A stretch of 64,000 bases of DNA, taken from NCBI GenBank assembly GCA_965235115.1, contig OZ249439.1:8680001-8744000 (forward strand), written 5' to 3'. Under the pieces are notes generated by a model. It was not told the origin of the DNA. It was given only the letters and a program-made list of their open reading frames with translations, and ran no database searches. How positions within the stretch are numbered: the stretch's first letter is position 1; each line of letters begins with the position of its first letter. The stretch is from Laetmonice hystrix. Taxonomy: Eukaryota. The position numbers were made by a program, and so were the translations under genes. Of the stretch, positions 13,601 to 25,600 are shown piece by piece.

Positions 13601-16600
13601 CGGCGTCAGCTTCCCCCTGACTCTGTGGTTCAGCGGGACTTGGTGACTTACTGCCGCCTGCACTGGCGCCATCTGCTGGCTCAGGCTCCTGGCTCTCAGT
13701 GTCACCCCTAGAGGGCGCTTCCTCCTCCTCCTCCTCGTCACCGTCGTCCACCTGACCGTTAATTGTGACGTCACCTTGTGGTCCGGTGTGACTGCGGTCA
13801 GTCTCACCCTGTCCCTGCTCAGTGGCTCCCTCTGTCTGTGCTCGGCTTCCCTCGACACGGTCGACGACATCGTCAAGGATCTCATTCATGAACTGTGTGA
13901 CCCCGGGGTCAGCTGTGGCTGCTCCCACGTGGGTACCGTCTCCAGCAGCCTCCACGCCCTCTAGTGACGGGGCAGCTGAACCATTCTCTTCCTCACACTG
14001 GGTACTCTGTGGTAGCAGATATCATCATTACCACCGAGTCCTTACCCCAGGTCATCAAGGTCATTTTATATAACATCATGGATGATTGATTAACACTATC
14101 TCCAAGCTTCCGGAGACCCGCCAACCCCACTTACCGTTTCTGAAGTATCCTTGAGTTCGGTAATGCGAACCGTTGACCTCTGTTTACTGTTAGCGATGAT
14201 CTCAGCATCATCAGCCACACCTGAGATTGTGGAGATTGGATGCTGCTGTCGTATTGCCGGATCCGAAATGTGATCGACTCGCTGTCGTTCGTATTGTTGG
14301 TACATCTGTGACATGTGGATCTTGAAGTCCTCGTACGACACCTGGTGTGTGAATAACATAATTGAAAGAGAGTGATAATAAATGATCTTACAAACCACAA
14401 CTGAATCTCTCCCTCAGTAGTACACTGAGGTTCTGGTAAAGGCTTTCATGCTAGCATCGCTGAAGTATCCAGCCTACCTTAGAGTGTAGTATAGCCAGGG
14501 ACCCCAGCCTACCTAAGAGTGTAGTATAGCCACTGTACCCAGCCTACCTTAGAGTGTAGTATAGCCACTGTACCCAGCCTACCTTAGAGTGTAGTATAGC
14601 CAGGGCCCCCAGCCTACCTTAGAGTGTAGTATATCCACTGTACCCAGCCTACCTTAGAGTGTAGTATAGCCACTGTACCCAGCCTACCTTAGAGTGTAGT
14701 ATAGCCACTGTACCCAGCCTACCTTAGAGTGTAGTATAGCCAGGGCCCCCAGCCTACCTTAGAGTGTAGTATAGCCACTGTACCCAGCCTACCTTAGAGT
14801 GTAGTATAGCCACTGTACCCAGCCTACCTTAGAGTGTAGTATAGCCAGGGCCCCCAGCCTACCTTAGAGTGTAGTATAACCACTGTACCCAGCCTACCTT
14901 GGAGTGTAAGCCTACCTTAGAGTGTAGTATAGCCACTGTACCCAGCCTACCTTACAGTGTACTATAGCCACTGTAACCAGCCTACCTTAGAGTGTAGTAT
15001 AGCCACTGTACCCAGCCTACCTTAGAGTGTAGTATAGCCACTGTACCCAGCCTACCTTAGAGTGTAGTATAGCCACTGTACCCAGCCTACCTTAGAGTGT
15101 AGTATAGCCACTGTACCCAGCCTACCTTAGAGTGTAGTATAGCCACTGTACTCAGCCTACCTTAGAGTGTAGTATAGCCAGAGCCCCCAGCCTACCTTAC
15201 AGTGTAGTATAGCCAGGGCCCCCAGCCTACCTTAGAGTGTAGTATAGCCACTGTACCCAGCCTACCTTAGAGTGTAGTATAGCCACTGTAACCAGCCTAC
15301 CTTAGAGTGTAGTATAGCCACTGTACCCAGCCTACCTTAGAGTGTAGTATAGCCACTGTACCCAGCCTACCTTAGAGTGTAGTATAGCCAGGGCCCCCAG
15401 CCTACCTTAGAGTGTAGTATATCCACTGTACCCAGCCTACCTTAGAGTGTAGTATAGCCACTGTACCCAGCCTACCTTAGAGTGTAGTATAGCCACTGTA
15501 CCCAGCCTACCTTAGAGTGTAGTATAGCCAGGGCCCCCAGCCTACCTTAGAGTGTAGTATAGCCACTGTACCCAGCCTACCTTAGAGTGTAGTATAGCCA
15601 CTGTACCCAGCCTACCTTAGAGTGTAGTATAGCCAGGGCCCCCAGCCTACCTTAGAGTGTAGTATAACCACTGTACCCAGCCTACCTTGGAGTGTAAGCC
15701 TACCTTAGAGTGTAGTATAGCCACTGTACCCAGCCTACCTTAGAGTGTAGTATAGCCACTGTACCCAGCCTACCTTAGAGTGTAGTATAGCCACTGTACC
15801 CAGCCTACCTTAGAGTGTAGTATAGCCACTGTACCCAGCCTACCTTAGAGTGTAGTATAGCCAGAGTGTCGATCCACACTCTCCAGCCGCCGTACTCAAA
15901 CTTCATGGCGTGGTGCAGCAACATGCGGAACAAAGACATGACCATGTCTGTGATTCTCTTCTCCTCCTCGTTCTGAGGATAGATGTAGGCCATCGAGAAC
16001 AGCCAGTCCTGCCACACTGACATCTGCAGAACCGTCCTGTAGGCAAACAACACAATAATCTCACATACCACAGAAAGCGACCCTTCACAGCACACACAGC
16101 ATGGTTACACTGCCGTAAGTTTACTTCTAGTCGGAAGCATTATGGACAGCAATTCTGAATGCTGGCTGCAAGAAACCTAAAGAAAAATCTTACCGATAAT
16201 TGCGATTTTTCTGCAGATCTCTTTAGAAAAAAACAGAGTACTTTATTAAATATTTTTCTTGTTCTATGGCGCTCCATGGTTTGCCAGGGTACAGCCTTGG
16301 CGTACAAAATAGTATACGTGTATACATTTGTAAATGTGTCTGTTGAACGGTGATCACAAATTACACACAGAATTTATGCCAATTGTTCCTTATGACACGA
16401 GTCCGAATCTGGCCTTGTCGGGTATTACTCCAATAAATGGGTTGCCATAGTTACCTTCTGTTGTCACGGTTATTGTTACAGAGGATGGTGAGGTCAGACA
16501 GGAACAGTTTCTTCACTTCCAGGAGGGCCAAGGTCTGCTTCGACTGACGAATCAACATGGCGACCACCTTCAGAATCACTGCAACGTCACACACAAATCA

Positions 16601-19600
16601 ACCAATCAGACCACAGTACACATTACCATGGCAACATCAGAGCTTCATGTTTTCCATTAACCCTATACATGTGTATCTATTTTACGAGTAGATTTACGGA
16701 CTGTGGTGGAGGTTTGGTGTACTATTAACCCTATATCTATTGTACGAGTAGATTTACGGACTGTGGTGGAGGTTTGGTGTAGTATTAACCCTATATCTAT
16801 TGTACTAGTAGATTTACAGACTGTGGTGGAGGTTTGGTGTACTATTAACCCTATATCTATTGTACTAGTAGATTTACGGACTGTGGTGGAGGTTTGGTGT
16901 ACTATTAACCCTATATCTATTGTACGAGTAGATTTACGGACTGTGGTGGAGGTTTGGTGTACTATTAACCCTATATCTATTGTACGAGTAGATTTACGGA
17001 CTGTGGTGGAGGTTTGGTGTACTATTAACCCTATATCTATTGTACGAGTAGATTTACGGACTGTGGTGGAGGTTTGGTGTACTATTAACCCTATATCTAT
17101 TGTACCAGAAGATTTACGGACTGTGGTGGAGGTTTGGTGTATTATTAACCCTATATCTATTGTACGAGTAGATTTACGGACTGTGGTGGAGGTTTGGTGT
17201 ACTATTAACCCTATATCTATTGTACGAGTAGATTTACGGACTGTGGTGGAGGTTTGGTGTATTATTAACCCTATATCTATTGTACGAGTAGATTTACGGA
17301 CTGTGGTGGAGGTTTGGTGTAGTATTAACCCTATATCTATTGTACGAGTAGATTTACGGACTGTGGTGGAGGTTTGGTGTAGTATTAACCCTATATCTAT
17401 TGTACGAGTAGATTTACGGACTGTGGTGGAGGTTTGGTGTAGTATTAACCCTATATCTATTGTACGAGTAGATTTACGGACTGTGGTGGAGGTTTGGTGT
17501 AGTATTAACCCTATATCTATTGTACGAGTAGATTTACGGACTGGAGTGTACTCACATGGATTCTCCAAGCGGTAGGTGGAGTCCGGCTCAGCATGTTTGT
17601 CGTCAGTAACCTCATGGTTCATACGCTCCGTCAGGATCTGCATAAGTCAAAGTTTGTTGGTAAAACAACGTTATCCTTGCTGAGACCCATACCTTACCGC
17701 ATGTCAGATCCCATTACTCTCCACAACAATCATGATTCTAATACTCCATCCAGTAACTCCTCTCTCTGTCATTATAACTGCAGGTCAGGAAATACTGTCT
17801 CCTTGTTGTGGAAAATTCTATAAAAGGTCAAATGAAATGTATGGTTACATACCCCAAAGAAGGTCATAGTCATGTACCTGAGAGCACACTGTGAGGACGA
17901 TCTACCCCAGGCCTTAGTTACATACCTCAAACAGGACACTGTGAGGATGATCTACCAGTCAGTACCCCAGGCCTTAGTTACATACCTCAAACAGGACACT
18001 GTGAGGATGACCTACCAGTCAGTACCCCAGGCCTTAGTTACATACCTCAAACAGGACACTGTGAGGATGATCTACCAGTCAGTACCCCAGGCCTTAGTTA
18101 CATACCTCAAACAGGACACTCTGAGGATGACCTACCAGTCAGTACCCCAGGCCTTAGTTACATACCTCAAACAGGACACTGTGAGGATGATCTACCAGTC
18201 AGTACCCCAGGCCTTAGTTACATACCTCAAACAGGACACTCTGAGGATGACCTACCAGTCAGTACCCCAGGCCTTAGTTACATACCTCAAACAGGACACT
18301 CTGAGGATGACCTACCAGTCAGTACCCCAGGCCTTAGTTACATACCTCAAACAGGACACTCTGAGGATGACCTACCAGTCAGTACCCCAGGCCTTAGTTA
18401 CATACCTCAAACAGGACACTGTGAGGATGATTTATCAGTCCTTAGTTACATACCTCAAACAGGACGTTGTAGGTTGCCATTGTAAGCTGGTCACAGTTGA
18501 GCATAAGCCGTTCGACAAGCAGCGAGAAGAGGTTGTGTGGGGTCATGGCGTCATGCTTCCTCCTGAGCCATCAGATACAAGCAAACCAATCTTAGGAAAA
18601 CATTCAGTCTGACAGTATTTCATGATTGGTCATACACTTTCATGATTGGAAATAACAGTGCTGTACACTTCCACACTGAAGGGTTGAGTCCAGACTTGAG
18701 ACAAATAACAAAGAACGGAAAAGAACGCAATTAAAAGTTAAGATTTCAGGAATGTTGTAGGATGTGACAATAGAAGAAAGGAAGCTAGGGTAAACAATTT
18801 CTGTGACACTCTCATTATGTAAATATCTGAGTTTGAATTCAAGATTCAGGAAGGTATCTACAATTACATCCGAAAATGTTTCAAACACTCTTGTGATATT
18901 CTCTTGAATAAAAAACGTATGACGAGCATGCAACGCCTCAAAAGATTTCTCTTACTTAATGCAACAAACCTTGAATCATCTAGATTATGTCAAGAAGCTG
19001 AGAAGACCTGAAAATTTGTGGTCATTTCAAAGTGTAAATGCCCCTGACCTTAAAACATGCAACTGGTTTATCTTGATTATCTTTCAATCATAATAAAAAA
19101 ATGTCTTCTTCTCCTCCTTTTCTTACAATAGAACGTCATAACTTTGGCCTGATTTCTTCACCATTTCTAAGATCAGACTTAGACCACGGCGAAATACCCA
19201 TTATTGGCGGACTTTCCTTTTTGTCAATACATGTGTACATGTAAACCAGGATAATGTAACCTTATACTCAGGTTGCCTGATTGGTTTAAGACATGATAAG
19301 TTAATTCAAAGCTGCTTTATCTTTATCAAAGCTTACTCTAATTGAAACTTCTAGGAACAGATGTAAGTCTGATCTTAAAACATGCTAAGAAATAAAGCCT
19401 TTATTTCTGCAAAGCTCACTCGACACAGCCAACCAAAAGGGTGATGCTGACACTCGGTTGCTCTTGCCAGTTTGGGCCAAGTCTAGGCATTCTGCACACG
19501 CCCATTTCCCTGTCTCCTAATTTGAATCTTGGAAAACTTCTAGATTTTTTAGATGTACCTTTGCAGCAAAAGCCCTACGTAAACTGGGAGCATGCCATCT

Positions 19601-22600
19601 CAAGTACCATTTCGTTGCTTGAAAATGTATTTAGGAGCAATAGTTTCTTGCGATTTCACCACCAGAGGTTGACTGACAAGATCTAAAATTCCGTAAAAAT
19701 ATTAAATCTGGCAATCTTTCGACCGGTTCCGCTTCCATATCGAAGACTAAAGCTAGCGGAAAACTGGGAACCAGTATTTCAGTTAGAACGCCCTCCCATT
19801 ACTTTTTGTTTACTTCGTGAAGTTATCGCAGTCATCTCCCCATACATGTATTTAAACTAATTTCATATACATTTTCTCATTTGTCTCATCTGCCATTTCA
19901 AGAAACTTTATCTCAGTTATTAATGTCCTAAGAATTGCTAACCCAATGCATTTTATGATTCTGGTAACAAGCAGCCCTAATCTTGCCAATTTGAAGGTCT
20001 TGTCAGTAAAATGAGGTAAAGAATTTCTTGACCTTTGTTACAACCGGTATAAAATCACAACCCCACTGTTCTCTGTTGATTCAGCCGTCTCTGCACCGAT
20101 TAAACTGCTACTAATGATAATCTACCTGTAAAACCATCATCCATCACAAAGGATTTTCTCCACATTCTAATGTAATTTGAGTAATTTGGACCGAGTTTGG
20201 GCGGCTGTGGGTGAGATCTTCGGGTGTTTCTGTCCCCGGCCCCCGCCCAGTTCATCTCTTGAGTCCGACCCGGTGCAGGATAGCGTGAATTAAACTGACA
20301 ACATCGAGGAACTTCAAACAGTAACATGCAACTAAACAGGCCGAAAGGAAGCCAAGAAGACGACGGAACGACAATCTTCTAACGATGCATTCTGTTAGAC
20401 CATTCACAATGTTTTGGGGGAAAACGTCTTTTCTGGTATTTTTCCAGGTTGGTTTGACAACAAAAGCCACGATAGTCCTCACCCTTCGTCTCTATTGCTA
20501 AAATACAATGTGACAAAATAAACTCCATTACCATGGTGTTGGCAAAACGACGCGCCTACAATAATTGGTCTCAGAAACTCTGGGGTACTACGAGCTAAGT
20601 CATGATACAGCAAGCTCTCTGCTAAATAAACCTACAACTTTACAACAATATGGTGGGACAAAATATATGATTTTCTTTGAAACAGAAAAAATAATCAGCA
20701 TTAGCTAGAACACGAGGTAGAATTTTTAGAAAACACTCAGCCATGTCTAGATCTGGGGCTAGCTCAGGAGCTTCACCAATTCAAAATATAAAGTAGTCAG
20801 GAAGCTGTTTGGGTCATTACCTAGAGTTCACATTTTTAACACTAGAGGGCAGCATTAGAATCCATACCATACTACTACAACCAAATGATCCCTGAAGAAA
20901 GCCCTTGGCAGGGCCGAAATGTTGGCCATTCTTACATAATAATTAAATTAACTTTATTCAACCATTGATCTTCCTTTCAGTTGGTGTGAATATTTTAAAA
21001 GCACACTATACGCGATACTAGTGTAGATTTGTGATGTAAACCCGTTAACCACTGTGACTGAGCTAACCCTATGCCTAGACCTGGCCGTGTTTGTTACATA
21101 CTTGTGTGTGCTGCGCATTAAGAAGAAGCCCAGTAACTTGAGCGCCTGGATTCGGATGGTCTCACTGGCCGACGCCATCAACTTGTACACGGTTCTGCCA
21201 CAACAAACACACACAGACCGGTCACAATATCATCGGTCACAGACGGTCACACTGTCGGTCACACCAACGCCACGTGCGTGGACAGCAGCGCGTCTGCATC
21301 AAGGTGCGTCTACAGCGTCTGTCAAAGGTCAATCAAAGGTCGTAAGGGGCACTTGATGTTGCTAGGACGCTGGTGGCAGCCAAGTTTCCGCGGTTTATGT
21401 TGATTTGTACCCAGACAAGGGTATCTTTAATTATCATCGAGACTTGTTGCGACAACGGAGATTTCCCACTCTTCTCCAAATCTGATCAACTGAGAGGTTT
21501 CCCGTCGAATTTTTCTCTCACAAAGTGTTATAAACATCACAGAATTGTTCCCAGATTGGGAACAAGAGTTATTAAAGTTATACTTCAACAGGTGCGTTAA
21601 GAAACACGTTAACATACGGTGCAAAGTCGTCAATGTTCTGAATCAATCTTTTCGTGTGATAATCGTTCTATTTATACTGCATATGTAATGTGAAACATGC
21701 CTCTCCACAATTGAAAGTTTTTATTTATTTTTAATTATTACAATTTTTTTCTGTAATTTAAATCATTTTTTCAGCTTTAGATAGGGATGGTTAAACTGTC
21801 TGATGTGAAACGGGCCTCGAACATTTCTGTCTATCAGTCATGTCGTGTGTGGAGCGTACGTGAGTGCGGCGCCATCTAGTGTGAACTGAAGGAGACGTCT
21901 TACCTGTATATGCTACAATATAACACCAGGGCACGCGACAATTATTAAAAGATTGACATATTCCCTTTCCAAACTTTCACATTTTGGGCCACATCATTCG
22001 TAGAAATATTACACTGTTATTGTGTCATAAACATTCAATAAGCAAAACAACGTTTAGCAGGTAGAAATATTAATTCAAGAAAGCAGGGTGTTCATTCCAG
22101 GCTAGAGTAAACTCTGGCAATACCTGACAAAATACTGAGATGATAATAACCACAATATCTGCCATATAGCGTGTTCTTTATGTAACGGGTAATTTTGTGC
22201 AGGTCGGTAGGCATTCTTATTAAACACAACATGGAAATTCTGTCATGTGGTTGATATTCCATGCGTCAAAGTGTGGATAGGTTTTTGAGCAACTCCTCAA
22301 AGTCCATGATGTAAGCAACAAAGTGAATCATGCCACTTTTGGTGTCGATATGACAAAATAAAATACAATGAGAGAGCTTACCTAACGCCGTGTTTTTTGT
22401 CGAAGGCAGGTACCATTGAGGCTGGGTGTTCAGCCATGAGTTGGACAAGGAGTCGGAGGACATCCATCAGATTGTCATCCTGATAGGGCAGACAATGACC
22501 AATCATGTTATCTGTTACATAGTGAGTGGGAGCAGGAGAGCAATTACCACCAATCATGATCTCTGTTACATTGTGAGTGGGAGCAGGAGAGCAATTACCG

Positions 22601-25600
22601 CCAATCATGTTATCTCTTACATTGTGAGTGGGAGCAGGGGAGCAATTACCACCAATCATGTTATCTGTTACATAGTGAGTGGGAGCAGGGGAGCAATTAC
22701 CACCAATCATGTTATCTGTTACATTGTGAGTGGGAGCAGGGGAGCAATTACCACCAATCATGTTATCTCTTACATTGTGAGTGGGAGCAGGGGAGCAATT
22801 ACCACCAATCATGTTATCTCTTACATTGTGAGTGGGAGCAGGAGAGCAATTACCACCAATCATGTTATCTCTTACATTGTGAGTGGGAGCAGGGGAGCAA
22901 TTACCACCAATCATGTTATCTCTTACATTGTGAGTGGGAGCAGGGGAGCAATTACCACCAATCATGTTATCTCTTACATTGTGAGTGGGAGCAGGGGAGC
23001 AATTACCACCAATCATGTTATCTGTTACATTGTGAGTGGGAGCAGGGGAGCAATTACCACCAATCATGTTATCTGTTACATTGTGAGTGGGAGCAGGGGA
23101 GCAATTAGTACCAATCATGTTATCTGTTACATTGTGAGTGGGAGCAGGGGAGCAATTACCACCAATCATGTTATCTCTTACATTGTGAGTGGGAGCAGGG
23201 GAGCAATTACCACCAATCATGATCTCTGTTACATAGTGAGTGGGAGCAGGGGAGCAATTACCACCAATCATGATCTCTGTTACATAGTGAGTGGGAGCAG
23301 GGGAGCAATTACCACCAATCAAGTTATCTCTTACATTGTGAGTGGGAGCAGGGGAGCAATTATCACCAATCATGTTATCTGTTACATAGTGAGTGGGAGC
23401 AGGGGAGCAATTATCGCCAATCATGTTATCTCTTACATTGTGAGTGGGAGCAGGGGAGCAATTACCACCAATCAAGTTATCTCTTACATTGTGAGTGGGA
23501 GCAGGGGAGCAATTATCGCCAATCATGTTATCTCTTACATTGTGAGTGGGAGCAGGGGAGCAATTACCACCAATCATGTTATCTGTTACATAGTGAGTGG
23601 GAGCAGGGGAGCAATTACCACCAATCATGTTATCTGTTACATTATGAGTGGGAGCAGGGGAGCAATTACCACCAATCATGTTATCTCTTACATTGTGAGT
23701 GGGAGCAGGGGAGCAATTACCACCAATCATGTTATCTGTTACATAGTGAGTGGGAGCAATTACCACCAATCATGTTATCTCTTACATTATGAGTGGGAGC
23801 AGGGGAGCAATTACCACCAATCATGTTATCTCTTACATTATGAGTGGGAGCAGGGGAGCAATTACCACCAATCATGTTATCTCTTACATTGTGAGTGGGA
23901 GCAGGGGAGCAATTACCACCAATCATGTTATCTGTTACATAGTGAGTGGGAGCAGGGGAGCAATTACCACCAATCATGTTATCTCTTACATTATGAGTGG
24001 GAGCAGGGGAGCAATTACCACCAATCATGTTATCTCTTACATTGTGAGTGGGAGCAGGGGAGCAATTACCACCAATCATGTTATCTGTTACATAGTGAGT
24101 GGGAGCAGGGGAGCAATTACCACCAATCATGTTATCTCTTACATTGTGAGTGGGAGCAGGGGAGCAATTACCACCAATCATGTTATCTGTTACATAGTGA
24201 GTGGGAGCAGGGGAGCAATTACCACCAATCATGTTATCTCTTACATTGTGAGTGGGAGCAGGGGAGCAATTACCACCAATCATGTTATCTGTTACATTGT
24301 GAGTGGGAGCAGGGGAGCAATTACCACCAATCATGTTATCTGTTACATTGTGAGTGGGAGCAGAGGAGCAATTAGTACCAATCATGTTATCTGTTACATA
24401 GTGAGTGGGAGCAGGAGAGCAATTACCACCAATCATGTTATCTGTTACATAGTGAGTGGGAGCAGGGGAGCAATTAGTACCAATCATGTTATCTGTTACA
24501 TAGTGAGTGGGAGCAGGGGAGCAATTACCACCAATCATGTTATCTGTTACATTGTGAGTGGGAGCAGAGGAGCAATTAGTACCAATCATGTTATCTGTTA
24601 CATAGTGAGTGGGAGCAGGAGAGCAATTACCACCAATCATGTTCTCTGTTATAGAGTCAGCAGGGAACGCAAGCTGTAAAGACCAATCATCCCAGGGATA
24701 CTTTATCTGTACTTTTTCTTTGACTGTCACTCTTTCACTAATTCCCTCTTTCTCAATCGCAACTTTTTCCCATTTATTAACGGTCCATTATATCTTATTG
24801 ACAAATCTCAGTCAGGCAGACTTACCTCGTGAACGGTTGTCAGGTAGTTGAGTACTGACTGGAGTTCGTCCTCATGGATTCCCTGACCTTTCAGTATTAA
24901 CTGGTGGACATAGTGCAACATGTGTCCCCGCAGGTCGACTACCTGTTCCTGGGTGGGCCGCGGGCCATCTGTCACATACATTCACATCAATCTCTCAACT
25001 ATCTCTCTCTTACCGAGGCACAACACCAACCTTTTATACTGAGGCAGTCAGTTTTATTTTTGGAGGAGACTGCAGTACCGAGTGACTGGTGTTAACTTTC
25101 CTGACACTGACTCCCATGGTTACTAAAGCTATCACAGCCTGGGTCTATAAACCTAGCATCAATATATCCAACAGGTTACAAAGTCATTCCGTTAGTTCAT
25201 ACAAAACTACAAACCTACCTCTATCGGTATTATAGCAAATTGTTCAAATACAGAATTAAAGATCTAGCTCTTGGAAACATAATCTTTACATATCTAGGAT
25301 GATTCAGAACAAAAACAATGGAATACAACTGTGTGAGTGATACCAGACATCGTTATTTGATTGAACATGTAGCGGTACTGACCGACTCCTTTCGGTACGA
25401 TTCCACTGCGATCCTTGGGGTTCACCACCCAGTAGTAGTATTTGAGAGTGTGCATGGTCTGAAGTACAGAACTCACACGTCGGATGTTTGTGTAGATCTG
25501 TGCGTCCCCTATAAAGTCGGTCGCTAGGTACGTGTACAACTTGGTCTGTACCTGAAATCATATCATCATCAACGTCACTTCGCGTTTGACTTTTTGAGAC

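Noticed and set aside
14469-15863. CRISPR-like arrays (here and at the other regular repeats)
   Set aside because: Units are head-to-tail with no unique spacers, there are no cas genes, and the context is a spliced animal gene.
22426-24679. 649-aa, 463-aa, 332-aa and 309-aa ORFs as independent genes
   Set aside because: They are translations of a 51-bp intronic minisatellite on both strands; the only non-repetitive part is the true NBEA exon 22382-22479.
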